Shown: positions 7,950 to 16,955 of the stretch, one piece after another
How positions within the stretch are numbered: position 1 is the first letter of the stretch
Layout of the letters: each line of letters opens with the position of its first letter
Source of the DNA: Ktedonobacterales bacterium
GTDB taxonomy: Bacteria > Chloroflexota > Ktedonobacteria > Ktedonobacterales > JADMIN01
Assembly (NCBI GenBank): GCA_030167145.1
Contig: CP126532.1
Location: forward strand, 2,550,001-2,582,000
Reading direction: 5' to 3'
Length of the DNA stretch: 32,000 nucleotides
The notes under the pieces: generated by a model
Seen by the model: the letters and a program-made list of their open reading frames with translations, nothing else
Told to the model about the DNA's origin: nothing
Databases searched by the model: none
Made by a program: the position numbers and the translations under genes

Positions 7950-9269
7950 CCCGGCCACGCCCATCAGCGCGGCAGTCAGGATGCCGAGGGCGTTGGCAAG
8001 CCAGCCATTGGTGTGCGCGCCCATGACCGCGCGGTTATTCGCCACCAGCAAGATCAACGCCAGCAGCGGCACGGCGACGATGCCATTGAGCACCGCGCTA
8101 TAGACCAGCGCCGCGATGGGATTGATGCCCAGCAGATTCAGCGCCAGGCCGATCAACGTCGCCAGGGCAATCACCGCATAGAAGCCCTTCGCGTGATCCA
8201 CGCGCTGCGCCAGTCCTTCGCGCCAGCCAGCGGCCTCTGCGATGCCATACGCCGCCGACCCCGCCAGCACCGGCACCGCCAGCAACCCCGTGCCGACGAT
8301 GCCCAGCGCGAAGAGTTGCTGCGCGAACGGACCAGCCAGCGGACGCAGCGCGCGGGCCGCCTCGTCGGCGCTGGCAATTGTGGTGATCCCCGCCGGATGC
8401 AGCGTCGCCCCAGCCGTCATCACGATGAACCAGAAGGTGACGGATGCCGCGACCAATCCGAACACCGTATCTAGCCGCAGCGCGCGAATCTGCTTGCGGA
8501 GCGCGTCGCGCTGCCGTGGCGCATCCGTCCCGCGCGGCTGCCGGTGACGCGCCTCGACCTCCTCCACCTCCTCGGACGCCTGCCAGAAAAAGAGATAGGG
8601 GCTGATCGTCGTGCCCAGCAGCGCCACCAGCAGCGCAATAAAGCCAGGAGTCAGGTGAATCGTCGGCACGAGTGTGGCCATCAGCAGGTGGCGCCAATCC
8701 GGCGCAATGATAATGCCCGTCACCACATACGCCAGCAGCGAGAGCGTCAGGAACTTGAGCACACGCGCGTAATAGCGATACGGCACGAAGACTTCGAGCG
8801 CCAGAATGCCCACCGCGAAGACCACCAGCAGCGGCAGAAACGGCACGCCAGGAATAAGCTGTTGCACCGACGCCGCCATCGCGCCCAGGTCCGCGCCCAC
8901 GTTAATCGTATTCGCCACAAACAGCAGCAGCACGGCCACATACAGCACGCTACGACTGTAGTGCGCCCGCACCACCCCCGCGATACCCTGGCCCGTCACC
9001 AGCCCAATCCGCCCGCACATCTCCTGCACGGCGATGACCAGTGGCAGCACATACAGCGCGACCCACAGCGTGCCGAAGCCATACCCCGCGCCCGCCTGCG
9101 AGTATGTGCCGATGCCAGAGGGATCGTCATCCGCCGCGCCGGTAATCAACCCCGGCCCCAGCACCCGCAAGAAGCGGTTGACCCGCCGCAACGGATGTGG
9201 ACGCCCGCGATGCCCGCGCCGCGCAAGCGTGCCGGTCGCTGTGCCGGGCGCTGGTGTTTCCGTGGCCAC
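7917..9269 (-). CDS. Nramp-family divalent metal cation transporter
   Basis: About 11 TM helices. N-terminal signature GPGLITGAADDDPSGIGTYSQAGAGYGF is typical of the Nramp-related clade. GTG start at 9267-9269 lies 7 nt after GGGGGAGGAG. Confidence 0.85.
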   Translation of the reverse strand: MATETPAPGTATGTLARRGHRGRPHPLRRVNRFLRVLGPGLITGAADDDPSGIGTYSQAGAGYGFGTLWVALYVLPLVIAVQEMCGRIGLVTGQGIAGVVRAHYSRSVLYVAVLLLFVANTINVGADLGAMAASVQQLIPGVPFLPLLVVFAVGILALEVFVPYRYYARVLKFLTLSLLAYVVTGIIIAPDWRHLLMATLVPTIHLTPGFIALLVALLGTTISPYLFFWQASEEVEEVEARHRQPRGTDAPRQRDALRKQIRALRLDTVFGLVAASVTFWFIVMTAGATLHPAGITTIASADEAARALRPLAGPFAQQLFALGIVGTGLLAVPVLAGSAAYGIAEAAGWREGLAQRVDHAKGFYAVIALATLIGLALNLLGINPIAALVYSAVLNGIVAVPLLALILLVANNRAVMGAHTNGWLANALGILTAALMGVAGVVTIVTLFIH

Positions 9270-9318
9270 CGTCCATCTCCTCCCCCACCCACACGCTCAG
9301 GCGACCTCGCTCACAAAC

Positions 9319-10167
9319 CTACCGTACCCAGAACTGGAACGTGCCCAACCCAAAGTACAACGCAATGTAGGGGTCAATATGTATCACGGTTAGCAAATTG
9401 CCAACGGTTGAAAAATAGAGATGGCTGGCAAAGGGCACGTACCACAGCAGCACAAAGAGCAGGATGAAGCCGTAATTTGCGATGGACATGGCGATCTGCT
9501 GAATATCGCGCGGGAGCCACGGCGCGAGGATGCCATAGCCATCCAGCGGCGGAATCGGCAGCAGATTCAGCACCACCGCCGCCACCTGAAAGAACGCCAA
9601 CAGCGCCAGCGCCGCTGCCAGCGCGGAATGCTCGAAGAAGAACCCCGGCATCACCACGAACGGTATCGCGCAGATCAACGCCACCAACGCGTTCATCAGC
9701 GGCCCCGCCGCCGAGACGGCGCTCAGCCACGCGCGGCTGCGAATCAAGCGCGGCTGAAGGTAGACCGCGCCGCCGGGCAGGCCGATGCCGCCGAGCAGCA
9801 TGAAGACGACTGGCAACAGAATGCTCAGCACCGGGTGCAGATATTTCAGGGGGTTGAACGTCAGATACGACGCCGTGCTGTCGCTGTGGTCGCCGCCGAT
9901 ATACGCCGTGGCCGCGTGGGCGAACTCGTGCAGGCAGAGGCTGAACACCCACCCCACGATTACCAATCCCACTGTACCCGGCACACGCCAGTGGTCGCCG
10001 CCCTGGAGCAGCGTGAAGACGAAGAAGCCGATCAAAATCACGAATCCGGCGACGATCTGCCAGTTCACATACGCGGCGATTGCCCGCACCGGATTGGCCG
10101 AGCGACGGGAATCACCCGGATACATGATGCGCGAGCGAAACGGATCTTGCTGATACACGAAAGCCAT
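9319..10167 (-). CDS. Site-2 protease family (peptidase M50) membrane metalloprotease
   Basis: HExxH in a TM helix (LCLHEFAHAATA). Polytopic membrane profile. A downstream PLDG motif (LNLLPIPPLDGY) is typical of M50. Confidence 0.85.
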   Translation of the reverse strand: MAFVYQQDPFRSRIMYPGDSRRSANPVRAIAAYVNWQIVAGFVILIGFFVFTLLQGGDHWRVPGTVGLVIVGWVFSLCLHEFAHAATAYIGGDHSDSTASYLTFNPLKYLHPVLSILLPVVFMLLGGIGLPGGAVYLQPRLIRSRAWLSAVSAAGPLMNALVALICAIPFVVMPGFFFEHSALAAALALLAFFQVAAVVLNLLPIPPLDGYGILAPWLPRDIQQIAMSIANYGFILLFVLLWYVPFASHLYFSTVGNLLTVIHIDPYIALYFGLGTFQFWVR

Positions 10168-10201
10168 CCTTCAAGGTTTCATGCGCGACCACACCGTGCG
10201 A

Positions 10202-12238
10202 TCAGCGCCGTAGCACACGCTTCAGAATACGCCCCACTGAGACCACATCGTCGGTGCCCAGGAAACGCGAGAACGCGAAATAGACGCCGGTCGCCACCAG
10301 AATCGCCGCGCTCACCCCTATCGCCAGATAGACCGTCTCGCGCACCGATGTCGGCTGCACCGGCAACACCACCCGCACCAGCATATACGTGAAAAGCGCC
10401 GCCAGCGCACAGACCACACTGGCCGCCGCGACATTGAACGTATAGGTGCGCAGCGCGCGCAGATCCAGCCCGCCCAGCCGTGGCTTCAGCAGCAGCAAGA
10501 GCACCACCGCTTCGCCCATCGAGCCGAGCGAGGTCGCCAGCGCCAGCCCCCCCGCCCCCATCGGCTTCAGCAGGATGACGCTCATCGCAATGACGAAGAG
10601 AAACTGCAAAATGCTCACCTCGGTCGCCGTCCGCGTATCGTGTAGCGCGTAGAAGCAGCGCGTCAGCACCTCTACCAGCGCCAGCCCCAGCAGGCCAATC
10701 GAGAAGAAGATCAGCGGTTGCGTGAAGAGTGGAATATCATTCAGCGCCAGGCTCCCATGGGCCAGCAACAGCCGCACCAGCGGATCGGCTAGCACGATCA
10801 GCCCCAGCGATGACGGCAACGCCAGGAAGATCACCCCGCGCACCGTCCGCAGAATCGTCTCGCGCAGCCGCTCCCACTCCCCCGCCGAGACCAGCGCCGC
10901 CAGCGTCGGGAAGGCCGCCTGCGACACCGCCATGCCAAAGACGCCCAGCGGCAACAGCACCAACTGGAACGCGATCACATAGCCCGTCACCGCGCCTTCG
11001 TTGTTATTGCTGCCCAGCGCAATCAGGTTGCGGTTGATGTAGAGCGAGATGAAGATGAATGCCGAGTTGAGGATGCGCGGCAGCATCAGCTTGAACATCC
11101 GGGTGATGCCCGGATGGAAGAAATCGAAACTGGGCCGGTACTGCATCCTCGCCCGCGCCAGCCCCGGTATCTGAATCACGAATTGCAACACCGCGCCCAG
11201 CACCACGCCCCAGATTGGCCCATACATAGCTGTGCTCTGGTCAAAGAATCCGGTCTTCAGGCCCACCAGCGCCACCAGAATGCCGCCAATCAGGCTGACC
11301 GTATAGATCACCTGGCCCAGCGCGGGCAGCACGAAATGCTGGCGCGATTGCAGAATCGCGATGGCAATCGTCGCGCCACCCAGGAAGATCGGCTGCAACA
11401 GCATCAGGCGCGTATACTCGACCGTCAGTGGCCCACGTGGGTCGCCCGGCCGGAAAAACACCGGCAGCGTCAACTCCATAAACTGCTGCGCGAAGATGAA
11501 ACCCAGGATGCCGAACATCGTCAGCAGCAGCATACTCAGGTTCAGCGCGGAGCTGGCGACATGCCAGGCGGTCTTCTTGTCGCGCTTATCCACCAGATAA
11601 TCGGTGAAGATGGGGATGAATGCTGAAGCCAGCGCGCCGCCCGCGACGATATTGAAGAGCATATCCGGCAGCGCGAAGGCATTGGTGAAGGCATCGGTCT
11701 GTGCGCTGACGCCGAACGTGTAGGTGAAGAGCGACGTGCGCCCCAGCCCCAGAATACGGCTAATCAGCAGCGCGCTAGTGACGATGAGCGTAGCCCGCGC
11801 CAGATTGCCCGCGCGCATTGCGCGCATCTGCACCGACGGCTGATCGTCCACCTCGACATCACCGCTCGCGACATCCACTGGTGGCCCGCGCCGCGCCCCC
11901 TTGCGCGGCGCGCGCACCCCCTTGCTCCATGCCGAATCATTCGGCGAGAGCGGCACCACGGCGGAGAAGCGCCCAGTCGCATTCATGTCATTGATGCTGG
12001 TCCCCGGCAGCGATTGCTCCACCGCCGGATCCCACGGCCAATCGTCGTTCCCGTTCAGCGGCTCAGAGGGAACGGGATAGCGCCCGCTCTCTTGCTCCCA
12101 CGGCGGATTCGCCCCGCGTTCGCCGCTATCGTGCGCGTCGCGCGTCGGCTCGGCTGGCCAGAGCGGCGTGCGCTGCTGCTCGGCCATCGCCCGCTGGCGC
12201 GCGTACTCCGCGTCCGCTGCATCCCGCCGTCGGTCCAT
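10202..12238 (-). CDS. murJ: Lipid II flippase MurJ/MviN with a ~150-aa disordered N-terminal extension
   Basis: LISRILGLGRTSLFTYTFGVSAQTDAFTNAFALPDMLFNIVAGGALASAFIPIFT is the MurJ N-lobe signature; 14 TM-like segments. Start set at the ATG at 12236-12238 (MDRRRD) after GGGGAGCGAAAGAG. The track ORF runs to 12568, into the divergent lepB promoter region. Confidence 0.85.
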   Translation of the reverse strand: MDRRRDAADAEYARQRAMAEQQRTPLWPAEPTRDAHDSGERGANPPWEQESGRYPVPSEPLNGNDDWPWDPAVEQSLPGTSINDMNATGRFSAVVPLSPNDSAWSKGVRAPRKGARRGPPVDVASGDVEVDDQPSVQMRAMRAGNLARATLIVTSALLISRILGLGRTSLFTYTFGVSAQTDAFTNAFALPDMLFNIVAGGALASAFIPIFTDYLVDKRDKKTAWHVASSALNLSMLLLTMFGILGFIFAQQFMELTLPVFFRPGDPRGPLTVEYTRLMLLQPIFLGGATIAIAILQSRQHFVLPALGQVIYTVSLIGGILVALVGLKTGFFDQSTAMYGPIWGVVLGAVLQFVIQIPGLARARMQYRPSFDFFHPGITRMFKLMLPRILNSAFIFISLYINRNLIALGSNNNEGAVTGYVIAFQLVLLPLGVFGMAVSQAAFPTLAALVSAGEWERLRETILRTVRGVIFLALPSSLGLIVLADPLVRLLLAHGSLALNDIPLFTQPLIFFSIGLLGLALVEVLTRCFYALHDTRTATEVSILQFLFVIAMSVILLKPMGAGGLALATSLGSMGEAVVLLLLLKPRLGGLDLRALRTYTFNVAAASVVCALAALFTYMLVRVVLPVQPTSVRETVYLAIGVSAAILVATGVYFAFSRFLGTDDVVSVGRILKRVLRR

Positions 12239-12641
12239 CGCTCTTTCGCTCCCCACTTCGCTAACACACGTTCCCCGCAGAGAAGTCGCAGGCATTCTAC
12301 CATCCCCATCTGGGCCAGACAATGAACCGTGCCATATGCGGATCAGATGAGGATGCGCCATCGTACGAGCACTGATGCACGCAGCATTATGACAAACGGC
12401 ACATCTCACGCCACGCTCTGGCCGCATCTGGTGTACTATAGAGAGGACGCGCGATACGCGCCCAAACGCACACAGGCATGCTCGCGGCGATGTGCCAGCT
12501 ATGTCTCGGCCACGGCACGCCAGACCGGCGCAATTGGGTCGCAACACGACGCGCATTCTGTCGTACAATAGAGGAAAGACAACGAAGCACCGTACTTCGG
12601 GGGAGCAGAGACCCCGGCGGGTTGGAATCGGGAGGGCGTGG

Positions 12642-13253
12642 ATGGCCCAGCAGGCGGCGGCGAATCGGTCCGCGGACTACGCCTACGAAGACGAGCAAGG
12701 CGAACAGCGCGGCGCACGACTGCTGCGTGAAGTGCTGGAAGTGGCGATTCTCACGCTGCTGCTCTTCATCGTAGTACACCTGGTAATCCAAAACTACCGC
12801 GTCGAGGGGCCAAGCATGACCCCCACGCTGCTCAACCATCAGTACATCCTTGTGGATAAGGCGCAGTACCTCTTCGGCAAGCCGCAACGCGGCGACATCA
12901 TCGTCTTTGAGTGGCCGCGCGATACCAGCCAGGATTTCGTGAAGCGTGTGATCGGCCTGCCCGGCGATACCGTCACCGTAGACGCCAACGGGGTTGTCAC
13001 TGTAGACGGCACCCAACTCAACGAGCCGTACATCAACGACATGAACAACCCGTATCAACCCAATACCTGGGTGCTCGGCGCTGACCAGTATTTTGTTCTT
13101 GGCGATAACCGTGGCGATAGCTCCGACTCACGTGATTGGGGTCCCGTGCCGATGAAGGACATCATCGGCAAAGCCACGCTCGTCTACTGGCCCGCCCCCG
13201 ACATCCACTTCGTCCACGACTGGTCCAACGTCTTCCAGGGCATCGGCAAGTAA
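12642..13253 (+). CDS. lepB: Signal peptidase I
   Basis: Catalytic Ser box GPSMTPTL, Lys box KRVIGLPGDTV and box E GDNRGDSSDSRDWGPV. Start ATG at 12642 follows GGGAGGG. One N-terminal TM helix. Confidence 0.9.
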   Translation: MAQQAAANRSADYAYEDEQGEQRGARLLREVLEVAILTLLLFIVVHLVIQNYRVEGPSMTPTLLNHQYILVDKAQYLFGKPQRGDIIVFEWPRDTSQDFVKRVIGLPGDTVTVDANGVVTVDGTQLNEPYINDMNNPYQPNTWVLGADQYFVLGDNRGDSSDSRDWGPVPMKDIIGKATLVYWPAPDIHFVHDWSNVFQGIGK

Positions 13254-13290
13254 CTACAGAATCGTCCATTATCTGGCGCGTTTCGTAGGG

Positions 13291-13314
13291 GGGCGTCCGG
13301 CGGACGCCCTTTTT
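13291..13314 (+). terminator. Rho-independent terminator of lepB
   Basis: gggcgtcc (13291-13298), loop ggc, ggacgccc (13302-13309), then ttttt (13310-14). It lies 38 nt after the lepB stop. Confidence 0.8.
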
Positions 13315-13425
13315 CAATGTATCGCTTCCAGCTCTATGAAATCGAGATTATCTTCGAATGGCTTACAAATACTTCACGTATGTCTTGCGTGGCTGACCTC
13401 CTCCTTTGTCCACTTGTATTGTGTC

Positions 13426-13454
13426 TTGCATCAGAGTAGCTGACACTGTATACT
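13426..13454 (+). promoter_or_regulatory. Sigma-70-like promoter candidate for the low-GC gene
   Basis: TTGCAT (13426-31), 17-nt spacer, TATACT (13449-54), 55 nt upstream of the ATG at 13510. Confidence 0.45.
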
Positions 13455-13509
13455 ACTTGCAACAATTGCTACACGATAACGGTGCGATTGTAAGTAAATT
13501 GGCAAACGG

Positions 13510-14334
13510 ATGTCGAATCTCGTTCACGATATAGCAAACATTCTCCGCGATCCTATTTGGGGATCTGTAAGCCCGATTTTGCTGATCGCGGGTATCATTT
13601 GGAGACTGGTTGTGGTCTTAGTCCGGCGGCAAGGAGGCTGGCCACCTCCCACTTCAATGCCCCCTAGATGGCTCGCATGGGCGATACGAAGTATTGCATT
13701 GCTCGCAGCGATTGCGCTGCTTGCAACTGCTCTTCTCCACATTATACCGGGCGCTAGCATGTCTAGATATTTCACATTGCTGCCTGGACCTAATTGCGAT
13801 ACGGATGCCCAATGGGATGTGAGTAATGCGATAACCACATGTTCTTCGAATGAATTACAGGTCAAACAAGGCTCGCAAGCTAACAGCTTGGCGGAAGTTA
13901 TCCTCCGTCCCTCTGGAAGTCTTCCAGCAAATTTGGAGACCCACGTCACTGTCCGTCTGGTTAGCATAGTGACATGCGCTGGGATAGTCGTGCGTCGTTA
14001 TAATCCTCTCGGCGGCTATGGCTTCTACATTTGTGGGAATGGAGAATGGCAAATCGCTCAATATCACACCGGCACCAAGCCGGCTTTGTTAGATCATAAT
14101 GTGATCGCAGTGGATGCGGCGCAAGAGTACGTACTCTCGGCCACGTGTAATGGGTCAAGCGTGAGTTTAGCACTTGATGGGGTATCTGTTGGATCGAAAA
14201 CCGACTTGCCCGACACCACTACTACATATACCATTGCACTTGCCGTGGGCAGCTACAATGGTGGGAACGACGGTGCGGCGGCATTCAAAGACTTCGGCTT
14301 CGCGCCGCTGCCTTCATCACAAAGCTCCTCCTAA
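13510..14334 (+). CDS. Membrane-anchored hypothetical protein with a putative beta-sandwich (lectin/LamG-like) ectodomain; compositionally atypical
   Basis: Two N-terminal TM helices (PILLIAGIIWRLVVVLV; IALLAAIALLATALLHII). The ~190-aa ectodomain has a beta-rich pattern (GGYGFYICGNGEWQIAQY...SVSLALDGVSVGS...AAAFKDFGF). GC is visibly about 50% versus about 65% in the flanks, and codons that look rare for this genome are used (ata, tta, aga, gta). Confidence 0.6.
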   Translation: MSNLVHDIANILRDPIWGSVSPILLIAGIIWRLVVVLVRRQGGWPPPTSMPPRWLAWAIRSIALLAAIALLATALLHIIPGASMSRYFTLLPGPNCDTDAQWDVSNAITTCSSNELQVKQGSQANSLAEVILRPSGSLPANLETHVTVRLVSIVTCAGIVVRRYNPLGGYGFYICGNGEWQIAQYHTGTKPALLDHNVIAVDAAQEYVLSATCNGSSVSLALDGVSVGSKTDLPDTTTTYTIALAVGSYNGGNDGAAAFKDFGFAPLPSSQSSS

Positions 14335-14358
14335 GCATATCTTGCTACTCCCCTCCTG

Positions 14359-14601
14359 CTACTCCCCGCGATCTTCATTCACAGCGTCGGCGGCGGAATA
14401 ATGCAATTCTCGCACCCGCTGGCCCTCCGGCGAGTTCCAAAAGTGGTCGAGTTCCTCATCAATAGCCAGAATCCGCGCGCACTCCGCCTCGGTATAGGGC
14501 GGCAGATCCACACCAAAGTGCGGATTGCGTTCGCGGATCTCCGCAACCGCCTGCTGGATCAGCGCCTCGCGGTCAAGATGCTGCTTCTTATTGAGCGCCA
14601 T
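14359..14601 (-). CDS. Small hypothetical protein (80 aa)
   Basis: ATG is preceded by GAGGG at 7-nt spacing. It lies directly downstream of pdxH on the same strand. No family recognised. The overlapping + strand ORF (14401-14649) has no RBS. Confidence 0.45.
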   Translation of the reverse strand: MALNKKQHLDREALIQQAVAEIRERNPHFGVDLPPYTEAECARILAIDEELDHFWNSPEGQRVRELHYSAADAVNEDRGE

Positions 14602-14676
14602 CGTCTCGCCCTCTTCGTTCTCGCGCTTCAGCTACACCACGCACACTAGCACATGCGCCGCGCCGCCAGCGCGCCC

Positions 14677-15315
14677 CTACGGCGAGAGCCGCTCGATCTT
14701 CCAGCCGCCGTCAGCCTGCCGTGTGTAGCGCAGCCGGTCGTGCAGGCGGCTGGGCCGCCCCTGCCAGAACTCGATCACCTCCGGCACGACGCGAAACCCG
14801 CCCCAATATTCCGGTCGCGGAATCTCCTGCCCGCGCTGCTGCTCCTCCAGCGCCCGCACCGCGCGCTCCAGCGGCTCGCGCCCCGCCAGCACCGTGCTCT
14901 GCCGCGATGTCGCCGCGCTCAACTGGCTGCCCGCTGGCCGACTGTGAAAATACGTATCCGACTGCTCAGCGGAGACCCGCTCCACCCGCCCCTCGATCCG
15001 CACCTGTCGCTCAAGCTCCACCCAGAAGAACACCAGCGCCGCATACGGATTCGCCGCCAACTCGCCACCCTTGCGACTCTCATAATTGGTGTAGAACACG
15101 AAGCCCGCCGCATCCATGCCCTTCAACAGCACCATCCGCGCAGAGGGCCGCCCCTCTGCCGTCGCCGTCGCCAGCGTCATCGCATTCGGCTCCGGCACAC
15201 CCGCCGCCACCGCAGCATCGAACCACACCTGAAACTGCCGCACCGGATCGGCGTCGAGATCCTCCTCGCTCAACCCGCGCTGCATATACTCTTTGCGTAA
15301 ATCCGCGAATGACAT
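14677..15315 (-). CDS. pdxH: Pyridoxamine 5'-phosphate oxidase
   Basis: Full-length match to the PdxH pattern: [39 protein letters not shown]; C-terminal [30 protein letters not shown]. Confidence 0.95.
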   Translation of the reverse strand: MSFADLRKEYMQRGLSEEDLDADPVRQFQVWFDAAVAAGVPEPNAMTLATATAEGRPSARMVLLKGMDAAGFVFYTNYESRKGGELAANPYAALVFFWVELERQVRIEGRVERVSAEQSDTYFHSRPAGSQLSAATSRQSTVLAGREPLERAVRALEEQQRGQEIPRPEYWGGFRVVPEVIEFWQGRPSRLHDRLRYTRQADGGWKIERLSP

Positions 15316-15320
15316 ACTCT

Positions 15321-15554
15321 TTACCTCAGCGGCTGCGTCTTGCCTGCCTCAAAGTCAGCCAGCGCCTCACCGGCCAGCGCATCGAGTGATGCTGTGCGAT
15401 GCGGATCATTCAATAGCTCATCCCAGCGCAGCTCATTCGCCATTGCTTCGATGCGCGCCGCTAGCGCATCTTGCTCTTCTGGATTGAGTTGCTCTGCCCG
15501 CTCCACGACATCGTTGACGCTCTCCATTGCCCGCCGAAGCCGCTCAGTCATCAT
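15321..15554 (-). CDS. Small acidic helical protein (77 aa), antitoxin/addiction-module-component-like
   Basis: [48 protein letters not shown] resembles the short 'addiction module component' helical proteins. GAGGTG lies just upstream of the ATG at 15554. The stop is 5 nt from the pdxH start. The track ORF extends to 15758 without support. Confidence 0.45.
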   Translation of the reverse strand: MMTERLRRAMESVNDVVERAEQLNPEEQDALAARIEAMANELRWDELLNDPHRTASLDALAGEALADFEAGKTQPLR

Positions 15555-15707
15555 GTCACCTCGCTGATTCATGAACTTTCGATTCTTCTGCCTCGATTGT
15601 ATCACCGTTTCGCTGGCGGCGAACCCACGACTACAGCCGCCCCAAGGCTTGACCTTTCCGCTATACTGTATCCTATCGGCCAGCGAGCGCATGGGGGAGA
15701 GCAGCAG

Positions 15708-16937
15708 ATGACCAACGACGACAGCCCCGATTATGTCTCGGAGGAGAACAATAAGCATGTGGCCCGCCAGCGCGTGACCTTCCTGGACCCGCCAGCCGAG
15801 CGTCAGGCCGAGCTAGAAAGAGCGTATAACGACAACATCGGCGCTGGGCAGGCGCCCTATCAGGGCGTCCGCATTGCCACCCGCGATGAACTGCTCTGGA
15901 TCGTGCGCCAGCGCAACTGGGCGACCGAATATGACAGCTTCTACTACAAATACATCCTCAATCCGCGGGGCGTCTATCTCGAACGCGCCAACTTCACCGG
16001 CGCGAATCTGGCCGGAGTAGACCTCAGCCAAATCGTGCTGCGTCGCGCAAACCTCACGCGCGCCAATCTCATCAAAGCGGACCTCACCGGCGCTGATCTG
16101 GTGGATGCGCGCCTCGATGAGGCTGACATCGGGTATGCGATCCTCAAAGGCGCGCATCTCGGCTGGAGTCACCTCAATGGGACGCACCTGCGCCGGGCAA
16201 ACCTCAACAGCGCGCGCATGATGTTCAGCAATCTGAGCGGAGCCGGCCTCTTTGCCACCGACCTGCGCGGCGCGAACCTCTACGCCGCGCGCATGGATAG
16301 CTTCACCTCCCTCGGACAAGTGCAACTCGACTCCGCCACCCGCCTCGGCGATATCATCTGGAATGGCGCGCCCCTCACCTACGTCAACTGGGATACGCTG
16401 AAGCGGCTAGGCGACGAGGCTGAGCTATCCATCCGCACCACCGCCGATGGCGTCAAGAAGAGCAAGAGCGAGCGTATAGCCAACTACGAATCCGCGCTGC
16501 GCGCCTACAACCAGGTTGCCCTCGCCCTTCAGACGCAAGGCATGAGCGACATCGCCGCGCGCTTCGCCTATCGCGGGCGCACATTGGAGCGCCGCCTGCT
16601 CTGGCGCAAACGCAAGCTTGGCCGCTGGCTCTTCCTGGCGCTGCTCGGTCTGCTGGCAGGCTACGGCTATCGCATGAGCCGCATCCTCGTCGCCTATGCC
16701 GTGGTCGTCTTGCTCTCCGCCGCCGCCTATTATCTGCTCGGCCAACAACACACGCCACACTTGCAAGTCCACGAAGCGCTGCTCGTCAGCGTCACCGCGT
16801 TTCATGGCCGCGTCTTTGCCGAGCAATTCCATGTAGATTCGCCGCAGGCGTGGATCACGGCCATCGAAGCCGTCGCCGGACTGGTCATCGAAGGCGTTTT
16901 TATCGCGATGCTGGCGCAGCGATTCTTCGGTAAGTGA
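15708..16937 (+). CDS. Pentapeptide-repeat protein fused to a C-terminal 2-TM pore-like module
   Basis: About 30 consecutive A(D/N)LXX pentapeptides (ANFTGANLAGVDLSQIVLRRANLTRANLIKADLTGADL...). The C-terminus has TM1 (WLFLALLGLLAGYGY..ILVAYAVVVLLSAAAYYLL), a re-entrant-like segment (LLVSVTAFHGRVF) and TM2 (ITAIEAVAGLVIEGVFIAMLAQRFFG). ATG at 15708 follows GGGGGAGA. Confidence 0.85.
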   Translation: MTNDDSPDYVSEENNKHVARQRVTFLDPPAERQAELERAYNDNIGAGQAPYQGVRIATRDELLWIVRQRNWATEYDSFYYKYILNPRGVYLERANFTGANLAGVDLSQIVLRRANLTRANLIKADLTGADLVDARLDEADIGYAILKGAHLGWSHLNGTHLRRANLNSARMMFSNLSGAGLFATDLRGANLYAARMDSFTSLGQVQLDSATRLGDIIWNGAPLTYVNWDTLKRLGDEAELSIRTTADGVKKSKSERIANYESALRAYNQVALALQTQGMSDIAARFAYRGRTLERRLLWRKRKLGRWLFLALLGLLAGYGYRMSRILVAYAVVVLLSAAAYYLLGQQHTPHLQVHEALLVSVTAFHGRVFAEQFHVDSPQAWITAIEAVAGLVIEGVFIAMLAQRFFGK

Positions 16938-16955
16938 CTGAGAAAGAACTCCGCC

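Noticed and set aside
9270-9318. Looked for a Mn-sensing (yybP-ykoY) or other riboswitch upstream of the Nramp transporter.
   Set aside because: Only 49 nt separate it from the upstream M50 gene on the same strand, which is too short for such an element. The genes are probably co-transcribed.
12239-12641. The 400-bp divergent murJ/lepB intergenic region has two similar segments, GTACTATAGAGAGGA (12433-12447) and GTACAATAGAGGAAAGA (12563-12579), which could be tandem -10 elements.
   Set aside because: No convincing -35 hexamer lies at 16-18 nt spacing for either. The similarity is short. They are left unannotated.
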